The notes: generated by a model from the letters alone, not told the origin. A DNA stretch of 64,000 nucleotides from Nemertoderma westbladi (GCA_032718475.1 JAUCBJ010008796.1:33253-97252), one strand, 5' to 3'; positions 46,795-59,479 are shown, counted from the stretch's first letter. Program-made: numbers and translations.

Positions 46795-48774
46795 GGGCAA
46801 TTCCACCATTGATGTAACACTTATGTCGAAAATAAAAAGTCATCTAATCAGCATAATTTTGGTATCAAAGTGACGAGAAAGAATTAAATTTTTAATAAAA
46901 GTGACGGATTCTTAATTTTTTTGAGGGTAACAACTGGTTTTTCATTATTGAATATGAGAAATTTTTTTTACGTATTTTCAAATTTGCAGAAATTATTACA
47001 TGTCATTTTTGACATAATCTTACTACCATTGAAATTGTCTGATTAGGACAGGTAATTACACCACCCGAAAATTCAACATTTATTAGAAGCTATTGATGAT
47101 AAAAATTTGAATATTGACATAATAGCATTGTGTATTCAAAATTTCAAAAATTTTAGATTTGGCTTACAGAAATATGTGAGTCCGTAACGAAAAGTACTTA
47201 AAGTTTTAATTTGGAGTACACCCCGCATGTGTATTGCACTGACAATCATTTTCCTTTGGGTTTACAACCAATCAAAACCATCCATTAGGTCTCTATGGTC
47301 TGTATTACAGCTGAACTGTTTAAGAATAGCGTTACGGACTCACAAATTTTCCGTTACGGACTCACCAGGCGGTAGGTTAGGTAAGAATCATTCTGCTTTG
47401 TATACATTATTCACTATGTAAACTGAAAGTATTCAGCTCCTTTTAGTCTGACAATTGTCCATCGACAGTACATTCGAACGCATTCATTCATACATCATCC
47501 TAATGTACGACATTCTTCATTGCGCCCGTTTAATCCTGTCTCTTACGTCTAATACTCACATTTCTGGGCCGAAAGGGCCAAACGGCATATATCACGGATG
47601 ACAGAAGTTACTGACCAAGATGGTATAGTATGATACACTCGAAGTTCGCCAAGATTTCATGAAACGAGTGAGCGAATGATGGATTGAGATACAAAAAAAT
47701 CTTCCGTTAGGCCAGGGATTACGAACAAAGTCTCAATAATAAAGTGTATATTTCCAGTGCGGCCCCCTCCTATATTCCCCAGAGGAAACTCCAGTTCTCA
47801 TTTAGCTACCATTTACGGAAGGAAGAGATGCGCCCTGGCTAATAAGTCCCTTTATGGTCTTTAAAGTATTCGTGCCGAAACGAAAACTACCCTAGCCCTC
47901 ATGATGGGATCGAACCCACGACCCAAGGAGAGATGTGATTTAAATGCCACCGATTTAACCAACTACGCCAAGTTGGAATAACTTAAGTACAATGCTAATA
48001 ATTATCGTAAATCATAAATACAACGAAATACTGTTCAAAATTTATTTTCCAGTATAAAAAATTGTCCGTGAACGTGGTATTTATGTTGTTAAAGAATTAG
48101 AAATTGGTCATTTTAACAAATTATGGTCATATGAACTTATAGGATATTAAATATACACTACTATACACACACCAAATATGCCTACTCAAAATATGAACAC
48201 TACTAAAGATATATCTAATAGTGATACTTAAGGTACATTGTGAAAGCGAAAGGTATATAAGCAATAAATATATTTATTGAATAAATACCATAAACAGTCA
48301 TTGGTCATTGCTCTTTTTTTTCTAAACAATATAACGAGTGCATAACGATTTTAAGTGTGAGTCTGTAACAATTTTTTCTGTGAGTCCGTAACGAACAATT
48401 TCTCTATAAATGAGGTTTACCACCATATGTTTCTGCTATTTATTAACTTATAAATTTACAAAATTTGATGTATCTACCTCGCATTGTGAAAGTTATAACG
48501 TATGGCGTTAAACATTTCAAGAGAATTTGTCAAAATACAATTGGGTAATTTTTCTTTGTCCATTTGCATGTGAGTCCGTAACGGGCACTATATTTACAAT
48601 ATCCTATGAATCAAATGAGATACAACTCTTTTTTATAAGTCAAAGTAAAGATGTACCATTAATCCATCAGCCACCATAGATGAATGTTATTTATATTGTA
48701 AAGTTATTAATTAAATATGCCAATTAAATTTGAAAATTGCGTATGAATGTGAGTCCGTAACGATGGAATTGCCC
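46795..48774. mobile_element. Non-autonomous DNA transposon with GGGCAATTCCA termini
   Basis: 11-bp perfect TIR (gggcaattcca / tggaattgccc); internal repeated gtgagtccgtaac motif in both orientations; no clear TSD. Confidence 0.7.
47440..47972 (-). mobile_element. tRNA-derived SINE nested in the DNA transposon
   Basis: Minus-strand head TGGCGTAGTTGGTTAA (A box) ... GGGTTCGATCCC (B box) at 47897-47972; the 3' boundary is approximate. Confidence 0.65.
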
Positions 48775-48832
48775 ATTACATGTTTTATTGGACTTTCGCC
48801 CAACAACTAGTTGATCTACTTACACCTGTAAA

Positions 48833-51800
48833 ATGAATTCAAGCTGCATCGACCTTACCGAATCGCTACTCTCGAATGACGTCACCCCCAATTATGTAAA
48901 CACATACAATTATGAAGGTTTTACACTCTCAGAAAGGGATATTGGAAGCTTGGACGGCCAAAATTGGGTAACAGATAACATTATAGAAAGTGTCATTGGT
49001 GTAATGTGCATTGAGAATGTACAGAAAGTACGAGTTTTCAGCACTCGCTTTCTTTATATACTAAGGAGCAAAGGAGGTTATGAATCATTAAAAAGATGGA
49101 CCAGATTAAGTGACTTTTCATTAGATTATTTATTCTTTCCCATCCATTGTAACAACCATTGGACACTGCTTACCTTTTCACCCGCTACATGGGAGATTTG
49201 CTATTTTAACTCACTTGGTGGATTGGACTTAAAACTCATAGATGAATTCAAATTATGGCTATCTAATGAGGCTAATCGTTTCAGTATCCCTCTATGTGAT
49301 TTTCATATTTCTCCTCCACTCCCTAAGCTCCAGTACAATGGTTATCAATGTGATATCTACGTCTGTAAGTTTGCACAACTCATCCTAAATAAGGAGTCGA
49401 TTGAAACAGTTAACGATACCTCTATCCAGTCCTTTCGTGTATATCTTCATTCCTTGGTGTCATCAAAATCAGTTCTAGTGAAAGCTGCAGACTCAGTCCC
49501 CTCACAACCCACTAACACCCAGTCACCTACCACCCAATCAGTTTCTGCTCCAACCCATCAACCCTCCCCAACTCAGCAAGGTTCTCTTAACCAGCCTCCT
49601 ATTGCACAAACTGGCAAAAATCTATGCCCTTCCTGCCAAAAAATGATTGCAGCCAATCAAAGTGGTAAGTTGCGGAAGCATAAGAATGTGAAGGCTGCAT
49701 CCTGTATAGGATCTGGTTTTATAATTTCCCATTTAACTCCTTTCATATCTAAACCTCAAAATCCAGTAATTACATCTAGAGTGGGGGATACTATAGCAAT
49801 AGCAGAAGATCCAAGTACCACCAAGGTAAGTGTGCAATCACCCTCGGCAGACTCAAAAGTATATGGTATTGAACCTGATCTTCCTGATTATAATCCATCA
49901 CATGCCCCTAATTTCTTTTGGGGACCCATTTGTGGCAAAGATCTTGTTATTTCAGTTGATGAACTATACTCTACTGTTGTACATTGGCGTAAGAACTGCT
50001 TCAAGTTGCCTTCAGGTAAAGCAGGGAAAGATTATGTTGAGGAAACTAACCGTCTTCTGTCCGGCTGGGAGTCAGGCTCTCCTTTAGAGGGTGTAGCATT
50101 CAAACTTGTCTCTATTATGCCCCATCTTCTTCTACAAAAACCCCATTCAAAGTCTATATCTTCAGAACATTGCACTGTCCTTTCCTCTAGGTTAAAGCTG
50201 TGGGCATGTGGAAAATTCGAGGATTTACTTCGTGACTCTCTAGCAATTCAAAAAAAGATTCAACAATCATATCCTGCTAAAAAACCTACGGATACTGCCA
50301 GGATTTTTAGTAAACTTGTGTTTGAAGGTAAGATAAGTGCAGCGATTAGATTACTTGAGAATTCAGGTGAGGGGTTCCTAGATCTCAGCAGCAGCGTTGT
50401 TGAAGAATTATATTCGAAACATCCACCAGCTGCCGGATTCTCACTTGATTATGCACTAAGGGGTCCTACTGAACTAATTCCTCCCAGCACCTTCTCATCT
50501 ATTACAGGTGAAATGGTTTTCAAAGCTGCTTTAGGGATAAGAGGGGGTTCGGGTCCTTCTGGCCTTGATGCAGAATCTTTAAAGAGGATTCTCTGCTCAA
50601 AAGAGTTTCGCTCAAAGTCAACTGACCTCTGCCGAACTATCGCTAAAGTAGCCCAGCGCCTTGCTACAGAGCCTGTTGACCCTAATAGCATTGAAGCCCT
50701 TGTAGCCTCTCGTCTTATACCTTTAAACAAAAATCCTGGAGTTCGTCCTATAGGTGTTGGGGAAGTCCTTAAGCGGCTAATAGGTAGAATTATAGTAAGT
50801 GTTGTGAGAGAGGAGGTACAACACACTGCTGGGCCTCTACAGACGGCGGGAGGGCATTCAGCTGGAGTAGAAGCAGCAATACATTCTTTGGTTGAAGAGT
50901 TTAACCAGGACGAGAATGAGGGTATTTTAATGATTGATGCATCGAATGCCTTTAACATGTTGAACAGATCAGTAGCCCTCCACAACATCAGAATTCTTTG
51001 CCCTGCTATATCCCTATATGTCATTAACACTTATTGTAGGAAAATACTCCTTTTCTGTGGTGTCATCGAGCTTGAGTCCAATGAAGGAACAACCCAAGGT
51101 GACCCGTTAGCATTCCCCTGGTACGGCATATCCATTAATCCACTTATCTATCATCACCACACTCGAATAAAATCCGTCTGGTTTGCTGACGACTCCAATG
51201 GCATAGGTAATCTTCTAGATATCAGGAAATGGTGGGATTTCATTTCTTCACGTGGCCCCAGATTTGGATATCACCCCAAAGCTGAAAAATCATGGTTGGT
51301 AGTCAAACCTGTTCTAGTTGAGAAAGCTCAGTCAATTTTTGAGGGCATTGATGTTCATATTACTGACCAGGGTCAGCGCCTATTGGGGAGTGTAATTGGA
51401 ACAGCTGAGTTCTCCACCACTTATGCGAAGGGCAAGGTCCTAGGGTGGTGTAAGCTTCTTGACAATTTAGCGCAGGTGGCTGAGACACAACCACATGCTG
51501 CATATGCTGCTTTCACCCATGGGCTGAGCTCAAAGTGGACTTTTTTTCAACGTTGCTTTGGTGGAGATAGCAGTATATTTCAACCTCTAGAGGACTCCAT
51601 TCGAAATCGGCTTATACCTGCCCTTATTGGCTCTGTATGTGATGATGGGCTTAGAGATATTATTAATCTGCCAGTTCGTTTTGGGGGCCTTGGTTTGGTA
51701 AATCCTGTCTCATCAACCAGCGATCAGTTCAATACATCACTGAGAATATCTGAACCTCTTAAAAAGGCAATAGTGGAGCAACAACATGTGTTATCCTCGT

Positions 51801-52744
51801 CGATTATGAAGGGTCAGGTTGAGGTAATTGCCACCATGCGTGCACTCAAAACAGCATCTTGGAAAAACAAGGCATTAAAGATTAAGGAGGTTAGTGACAC
51901 ACTTATGGTGCGTGCATTAGACCATGCCTCTCATAAAGGCGAAGTGCCTTTAAGAGGAAGAGCTGTTAGCCAAGAGGAAGTCTCTTGGCTAACAGCTCTT
52001 CCTCTTGATGCTGAAGGATTTGTACTAAATAAGTCAGACTTTCGAGATGCACTTGCAATGCGCTACAACTTGCCGATCACTGGCCTCCCAACTACATGTG
52101 TTTGCTCAGCATCCTTTACCCCTGACCATGCCCTTATTTGCAAGAAAGGCGGTTTTATCGCATTGAGACACAATGAAAAGCGCGATATAATTGCCAATCT
52201 GCTTAAGGAAGTCTGTGTGGATGTTGGTGTAGAACCTAGTCTGCTACCACTGTCTGGCGAGGTATTAACACCTTCCTCTGGCGTTTCTGGAAATGAAGCT
52301 CGTCTTGATGTGTCAGCAACAGGTTTTTGGAGCCGCCACTCCAAGTCATTCTTTGATGTACGGGTATTCTATCCCAATGCTGCAACCTATCTCCCATCTA
52401 CCATAGACAATTTATTAAAGAACCAAGAGGCTGAGAAGCGACGGAAATATAATGATAGGGTACTGAATGTAGAACGTGCATCATTTACTCCTCTCGTTTT
52501 TACCTCGAGTGGTACTGCAGGACCTGAGTGTGGCCGATTTTTAACGCATCTTGCTGGTCGTCTGGCGGAGAAGCGTGATTCCACATATTCATCGGTTGCA
52601 CATTGGTTGCGATGTCGACTTTCCTTCAGCTTACTCCGTACAACTGGGCTTTGCCTTCGAGGTCACCGTAGTCCTCTTTCCTATACCACCGTGCCAGCAG
52701 AGGATCCGCGGCTTACTTCCAACCTATGCCCCTCTTTTTCCTGA
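48833..52744 (+). CDS. CRE-like non-LTR retrotransposon single ORF: Ulp1/C48-like protease, RT, zinc motif, restriction-like endonuclease
   Basis: Ulp1-like WVTDNII..FPIHCNNHWTL..YFNSL..QYNGYQC; RT motifs GVRPIGVGE, IDASNAFN, GTTQGDP and WFADD; CVC..DHALICKKGG..RHN; RLE motifs ARLD..FDVRV..EAEKRRKY..FTPLVF. Intact 1303 aa; AATAAA near 53046. Confidence 0.92.
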   Translation: MNSSCIDLTESLLSNDVTPNYVNTYNYEGFTLSERDIGSLDGQNWVTDNIIESVIGVMCIENVQKVRVFSTRFLYILRSKGGYESLKRWTRLSDFSLDYLFFPIHCNNHWTLLTFSPATWEICYFNSLGGLDLKLIDEFKLWLSNEANRFSIPLCDFHISPPLPKLQYNGYQCDIYVCKFAQLILNKESIETVNDTSIQSFRVYLHSLVSSKSVLVKAADSVPSQPTNTQSPTTQSVSAPTHQPSPTQQGSLNQPPIAQTGKNLCPSCQKMIAANQSGKLRKHKNVKAASCIGSGFIISHLTPFISKPQNPVITSRVGDTIAIAEDPSTTKVSVQSPSADSKVYGIEPDLPDYNPSHAPNFFWGPICGKDLVISVDELYSTVVHWRKNCFKLPSGKAGKDYVEETNRLLSGWESGSPLEGVAFKLVSIMPHLLLQKPHSKSISSEHCTVLSSRLKLWACGKFEDLLRDSLAIQKKIQQSYPAKKPTDTARIFSKLVFEGKISAAIRLLENSGEGFLDLSSSVVEELYSKHPPAAGFSLDYALRGPTELIPPSTFSSITGEMVFKAALGIRGGSGPSGLDAESLKRILCSKEFRSKSTDLCRTIAKVAQRLATEPVDPNSIEALVASRLIPLNKNPGVRPIGVGEVLKRLIGRIIVSVVREEVQHTAGPLQTAGGHSAGVEAAIHSLVEEFNQDENEGILMIDASNAFNMLNRSVALHNIRILCPAISLYVINTYCRKILLFCGVIELESNEGTTQGDPLAFPWYGISINPLIYHHHTRIKSVWFADDSNGIGNLLDIRKWWDFISSRGPRFGYHPKAEKSWLVVKPVLVEKAQSIFEGIDVHITDQGQRLLGSVIGTAEFSTTYAKGKVLGWCKLLDNLAQVAETQPHAAYAAFTHGLSSKWTFFQRCFGGDSSIFQPLEDSIRNRLIPALIGSVCDDGLRDIINLPVRFGGLGLVNPVSSTSDQFNTSLRISEPLKKAIVEQQHVLSSSIMKGQVEVIATMRALKTASWKNKALKIKEVSDTLMVRALDHASHKGEVPLRGRAVSQEEVSWLTALPLDAEGFVLNKSDFRDALAMRYNLPITGLPTTCVCSASFTPDHALICKKGGFIALRHNEKRDIIANLLKEVCVDVGVEPSLLPLSGEVLTPSSGVSGNEARLDVSATGFWSRHSKSFFDVRVFYPNAATYLPSTIDNLLKNQEAEKRRKYNDRVLNVERASFTPLVFTSSGTAGPECGRFLTHLAGRLAEKRDSTYSSVAHWLRCRLSFSLLRTTGLCLRGHRSPLSYTTVPAEDPRLTSNLCPSFS

Positions 52745-53120
52745 ATGATTTTAAGGGGTGCGGCGATCGAAAGGTGATGAAAAGCTACTGCGACACAATG
52801 CCTACGGTGCCTGTAGACTAATATGATTTGATAATAATATTGTTTTACAATAACATTGTTGAATTATTTATTTTTCTTTTTTTTGTATAATCACTTGACC
52901 CAGAGTGATTAATAGCAATTCCTCTTTACTAAAATTATTTGAATATTTGGACGTTTTTAGGAGTTTATCGTACCTTGATTTCTATTGTGAATATTTACAT
53001 GTTTTGTTATGTTATATATAATGTCAACTATAACCTAATAATGTCAATAAACCTATCTAACTAACTACAACATTACACAATATCTGAACTTCCTACATTT
53101 AGTGAATTGTTTTATTCCAG

Positions 53121-53209
53121 GTTTTATGGCAACAGCGGTGGCACTAAGGTACATCCAGATAATTGTGAAGTATTCCCAGGGGAAAAAAGCGTTTCGCTGC
53201 TTTATGATG
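53121..53209 (+). CDS. Host gene exon
   Basis: ttttattccag|G TTT TAT...GAT G|gtttgt; the phase-2 start continues the 41324 exon as GFYGNSGGTKVHPDNCEVFPGEKSVSLLYD. Confidence 0.6.
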
Positions 53210-53274
53210 GTTTGTAACAAATAACAACACTATTATTATTTATAAAAGGATGAGAGTTAGGGGGGGGGGGGGGG

Positions 53275-54387
53275 TGTAGCGCTTTTTCTGACCAAAAAGT
53301 CGTATTTTTGAAACATATCCTATCTGATGAAAAATGTCATGCTGAATCCAAATATGGAAACCGTTTTCCAATTAGTTTTATATTATTATCCATATCCAAC
53401 TAGTATTCAATTAGTTTTCGAGATATCTGGGATAGAAGATACTGGTATCGCGATATCGGTAAATGCGATGAAGTTTGGGGTTTGCATTCAATTTCTGCAA
53501 ATTTCTATGCTCAGTGGTGCCAAATTGATTTCTGCACGAGAAAGATGATAAAATTTTAATTGAGAAGATATTTTTTTATGATTATTGGACCTACTGGTCA
53601 GTTTATAAGACAACTTCAATCTATGGAAAAACGACGGGACTCGAATAAGCGAAAAATAATAATAAAATAAAATAATAAAATAAAATATTTGCGGTCTTTG
53701 CGGGATTACACGGAATGGACTTATCGGTCATCGGAGATCTTCAAAATACATAATCTCAAAGTTCGTTTTAGGCTCATTCGAAAGCTCTTTTCTCAGAGAA
53801 CAAAGTTACCATTTGGTTTGGCAAACTCTTGAAAGCTGACTGAGCAATATTAACTTAAACAATTTTTACAAGGCATACCCAAATTCATGTTATGTTGCAT
53901 CACAACCATTTTATCGTAAATCAAATGGTAACTGTGTTCTCGGAGAAAAGAGCTAAAAATGAACTTCGTATGACCACTAGAACCTGGAGATTATACATTT
54001 TGAAGACCTCCGATGAGCGATAAGTCTATTCTGTGTAATCCCTCATAAACAGCAGAGTCGCTTATTCGAGTCCCGTCATTGTTCCGGAGACTTGAAGTTG
54101 TCTTATAAACTGACAAGTAGGTCCAATAATCATAAAAAAATATGTTCTCAATTAAAACTTTGTGCTCATTCTGACCACAGAAATTTGTAGAAATTGAATG
54201 CAAACCCCAAACTTCATCGCCTTTACCGAAATCGCGATATATCGGAGCCAGTATTTTCTACCCAGATATCTCGAAAACTAAGCAAGATATGAGAAAAAAG
54301 CTTCCATATTTTGATTCAGCATGAAATTCTGCATCAGATAGGGTATGTTTCAAAAATTCGACTTTTTGGTCAGAAAATTCGCTACGT
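53275..54387. mobile_element. Fold-back/MITE with ~500-bp imperfect inverted arms
   Basis: gtagcg...ttttctgaccaaaaagtcg is inverted to cgactttttggtcagaaaattcgctac; internal blocks (ataagacaacttcaa, cgggactcgaataagcga) are also mirrored. Confidence 0.85.
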
Positions 54388-56229
54388 TTAAGGCATAATT
54401 TTTAAATTTAAAATTTAATATTAAAAAAATAAATTTCTAAATTTGAGGCTTAATTTTAGTATTTTACTACTATTCTACTATTCTGATTTTTTAAACTTAT
54501 TTTTATAATTCGTTTAAAATTAAGTATTATATTTGTAAATTATTTATAAATTGAAGCGATTATATGCAATACTGTTGGGATTTATATTAGCTTTTACGAA
54601 AATTCTTCCCATATTGTATCTCACGGGGGGGATCCACAACAATAGGGGCGCGTGGCGCCGCGCACCATATAATTTTTGAAAAAGAAAATAAAAAGAATTC
54701 AGGAAAAAAATTATTCATAGTTACGCTAAAACATACAAGGGCCGTCATCACTCGCAAGCGGAATCCACATTTATTAACCACAAATTCCATCTCGATACCA
54801 TCCCCAATATATAATCGTTGTAAACCTTCCCAAGAAGGGCGCGCTCCATGTAGGCGGGAGGGGTATCACCTTGGCGTAATATAGATCAACAGTATGGCTT
54901 TATGGGTTGGCTATACATTGTATGAAATCTATGCACGGCCTTTGCTTTACATACATTATCTGATTATTGGGATTGGGGTGCCTATTTGAACTGACAGACC
55001 GAAAGACCACTAACAACCTATGTATGTACAACCTATGTACAACCTATGGTAAAGCATCAATCATGGGGCTATGTGTAGTGTAATAACTAGTTACATACTT
55101 GTGTGTAAAGTAGCACTTTACAGTGTGATGATCCGACTCGCTTTGTTACAGGAACGAACGTTAGTTAGTGAGTGAAAATAAAGCCACGAGGATCAGAACA
55201 CTGTAAAGTACTTTGCAACAAGTATGAATGTAGTTTTATTTCAAAATTTTAACATTACGAAATGATTGTATATATATTATAAGTGATAGAAACTGCACAA
55301 ATTATATTAGTTGCTGTATAAATAAATGTAAAAATGACATAAATTATGTTATAAATAAGTTAGCTTATATTTATGGTGGCATTTGGAGCCATGTTATAAT
55401 AATATAGCTAGGCCCTACTGGTTATTAGTAGCTATACCACGCCTACCGGTAGGTAATGCAGTAGGCATATCTGGCTGTCAGGCAAATTTCCTAATTTCCA
55501 CCTATTGTTTACGTGGTAACCAATGATGGCGTCAAGTAATGTCCACTAAGGGGACATTACTTAATATTAATTACTTAGCATTACTTAATTTTCTTTATCT
55601 ACAGGTTATGCCCAATGGCAAATTTGGCACATATTACAAATATCCCGCAGTTTTCTAAATGAACCAATGAAAGATGATACCTAATGAACCCAAACATTTG
55701 CCACGAAAGCGTACACAAGCAAGACCTATTTTTACTCGCGTGTCCCCCCCAATTTCGTTTAATCTCCGATTGACTTGCGGTATATAATTTATTTACAAAC
55801 AAGTCAGGTTCAAATGGGAATACAAATAATTTATTCCTTCCTTCCCAATTTGTTATACTGTTACCTATGAAGCAGTACTATATCTCATAGGACGTATTGT
55901 TACCCATTTAGCCCCCCAAAACCGATCTGTTAGCCCAAAATAAGCCCCATACTTCCCTTGACTATTTCCAATGTACGTGGAGGCGTCGAAGTGCACTGGT
56001 TCAATGTGCACGGCACCAGTACGAAGTGCTCTGCAACAATGCAAAGTGCACTAATTCACTGGTGCAATGTGGTCTAGATCATTATACAGCATTCAAGATC
56101 GTCTATACAGCAGCAGCCTGTAGCATAAGTCTCCAAATTAATATAAATATAAATTACAATTTTAAATTGTATTTTTTATAATTTTTAAATTACAAATTTA
56201 CAAATTAATAAATACTTATACTGTAATAT

Positions 56230-58300
56230 GTCATATTACCAAAGGTTCAGGAAAGTGTTGCACAGACTCAAGTTACTTAATAATAATGCAGATTATAATG
56301 ATAATGATGATATTGTTCTTGGAAGAAGTACCTCTCTTCTATCAGATTGGAAGACGGAAACAAGGATGCTAATGTTTCCAATAAAATGTCTATTTGGTTA
56401 TGGTGACCCTGTAGAGTTAAAGGTGTTGGTAATGTGGAAGGGTATAAACACGTGCTTCAATTGTCAATGGGGAAACATTCCTCACCTGAGAATGTTTTAC
56501 AGATGGTTGATATCTTATCCAAACAGGAAGTCCTTAACACCACTTATCTTAGACTCAGTCAACTACAACAGCACATATCGAGAAATATCAATGAAGTTAC
56601 AAAAGATGAATTACGTAACTATATTCAAGGTGAGAACAGTTCAGGACGCGCAAGTCTATTGGGGAAACAAAAAAAATTGTCTGGACTAAAATGGGGATCT
56701 AATAAACAAGATCAGACTGGCAAACCTGGACTATTTGGTTACTTAAGGCATACTTTGCTTTTCCAGGGCCAGCTAGTTGTGGTGCTCTCCATCTTCATTC
56801 ACTAATGCACTATTTACAACTATTGCATTTTTCAGATACAATAATGAAATCCTCGATTCCAAATGCTGCAATTGCTGTAATGATTTAGAACAGCTCCCAA
56901 TCTCCAGTGAGGCCAAGAAACATTCATTTGGCAGAGTGGAAGAACCAGTTGTCACTGAATCCAGGAAATGTAAAAAAGGTCACGTCATCGGAACTCATAG
57001 ACTTTGCTTTAGCCAAAGGTTTCACTGATGGAAATAACAGAGGGAGAAGCACAAATCAATCTCAACATCTCCACTCCACCAGAGAATCCAGAACATGTCC
57101 CCGATCAAAGAACAGAACCCATTACCACCATCCATCATAGGCAGGAAAGTAGTTATTGTTATTCCTGACATCATAGGACTGTGACTACCAGATGTACACG
57201 TGATCATGCCCATTTTGAATTTTACTTTCAACTAGCACCTATAATTACGAAACCATTTAGATCATTTAAGGATCTCTGTAATGCAACAATGTGGTCTAGC
57301 AGTTTTTCTTTATGGATTGACAAATGGGATGACTCTAGGAGATCGTCATGTTCTTGAACAAAGGCAAGAATATTATATAGGCCAAGAAGAAGCTAGAAAA
57401 CAACAATTACTACTTAGATAGATATCATGTTGATGAAACAAATATGGTCAACGAGGGCATTGCTGATAATAATGACTAGTGATTTTGAAAATGCTGGTGA
57501 CGATCCAACAGAAGATATTTCAACATTACTGTCTACCTTCCAACTATCTAGTAATATTAAAGAAAATATTGCAGAAGTTAATGTGATGAAAAGACTTTGT
57601 GAGCTTGAAATTAATTATAGTGACCCAAGATTCATGTTGGGTGAATTTTTCTTTAGAAATTGGAAATTCACTTCCTTCAGTCGACTCCTCACAAGTGCGA
57701 AGAAGAAAATCATGAAGTACATTTGCATTGACCAATGAGAAGGTTTACTACCTTGGTAGATACATTGGTATGCCCATCATCGTCACCCAAAATATTGGAG
57801 TTGAACTGGGAATTGCAAATGGAACCTTAGCAACAGTAACCGGAGTTAAGTTTCCTCGAGGAACAAAGTATAAATAAGGATTAAATGTAACCAAAAAGGT
57901 AAATCGAGCATCAAATTTACCAGATTATATACTCAGAGAAACTTTATTCACTAAATTCCCTGTCAAATTTTCAAATATTCCAAAATCGATCGAAACTCAA
58001 AATTAAAATAGAAGTTGCAGGTAATCATTCATTCAGCGTAAGTATGACACAGTTGTCTCTAGTGCCATCATCTGCACTCTCTACATTTAACTTTCAAGGT
58101 CTCACTTTCACTAAGATAATCATCAGTGATTGGGGTGCTGGATCGAGATGGAGCGGTTTTAATGGTCAAGGCAATCTCTAGAGTTATTAAACTTTCTGGG
58201 TAATACTTATTATCACCTTTGGATGCCAATATAGTAAAGAAATTCAAACCTACCACTAATCAAATTGCAAAAATTGATAAATTAATCAAACTCTCCTTTT
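56230..58300 (+). pseudogene. Highly degraded Helitron/Helentron-type Rep-Pif1 helicase remnant
   Basis: KPFRSFKDL (~57250), GMPIIVTQNIGVELGIANGTLATV (~57765) and QLSLVP..STFNFQGLT...AISRV (58045-58200) resemble RepHel/Pif1 motifs. The 5' limit is approximate. Confidence 0.65.
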
Positions 58301-58987
58301 TTTCTATTTATATTATTTTTTATTATTATTTCTTATATTCTATCTTTGTATAAATACCCAGTACCACTCTGCAGTGCCATTCTAATGCCCCATATCCTTT
58401 TATCAATCACCTCTAACTCACATTTACATCCCATCTCAGCTTACTACACAATCCATCTCAGCATGTTTGCTTAATTTGTTACTCATATTACGTGGGGCCC
58501 GCATATAGAGACTTTGTGGAGTTAAACACTCATTTAAACACGTAATTAAGAACAATTTGTTACACTTGATTGCACTCTTTTTAAGTTTTTCGCACATGCA
58601 CACAACCCCATTGAATGGCGGGGTAATTTGGGTCGGAATATCATTGCAGACTGGGACGCACTGCTCGAGGCTGAGTGTTGACTATTAGAGTCCAACTGAG
58701 GATGTTGGATCATTGTCATGGGATCAGCATCGTATGTTCTCTGAATTTGTTGGGACCAATAAATTAATGTTAATAACCATCCCCCCAAACGTCACATTTT
58801 TCCCTTCGAAAAAATGGTCCACATCCTCACAGTTTACAACTCCCTTCCTCACTCCCCTTTCTGAAACATGATTGCATTGTTATACCCAATCGGTGGAACA
58901 ATAATGTAGATAAGGAAAGGAGTTGTGTTCCGAAGTAATCATTATCCATCTCTATCTTTGTGGGTGCATTCGTTATCAAACAATCTC

Positions 58988-59275
58988 GACTGGAATCGAA
59001 CCCGGAAGGACTCGGAAAGTTGCTCGGTGTCAGTCCAGCAGTAGAAGAGATATTTAATAGACCCCCTGTTGGTTCAAATTCCCTACGATCCCGACTGGAA
59101 TCGCACCCAGAAAGACCCGGCGGAAAGTCGTGTCAGTCCAGCGGTAGAGGAGATATTCGATAGACCCCCTTTTGTTTCAAATGCCCTATGATTCGGACTG
59201 GAATCAAACCCGGAAAGACCCAGAAAGTCACTCAGTGTTAGTCTGGCGGTAGAGGAGGTATTCGATAGATCCATC
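58988..59275. repeat. ~104-bp tandem repeat (about 2.8 copies) with B-box-like motifs
   Basis: Units start gactggaatc(g/a)(a/c)accc at ~58988, 59092 and 59195. Confidence 0.85.
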
Positions 59276-59479
59276 ATCGTAGTCTAGTGCTGTTTTTAGT
59301 CTGTGCGATTTTGTGCTATATAGTCTGCAGTTTCCAGTCATTACAAATTAGGCCACTTATTTTCGTATTTCATAATAACTTCTGTATAGGACTGTATGCA
59401 TTGATAATGACGGCCATTACCGTCAATAATATAGTTGATATATAATATATATATATTATATATCAATTTTGCTAAGATC

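Noticed and set aside
47897-47972. Functional tRNA genes (also 26671-26733)
   Set aside because: A and B boxes are present but acceptor and anticodon stems do not close properly; better explained as SINE heads.
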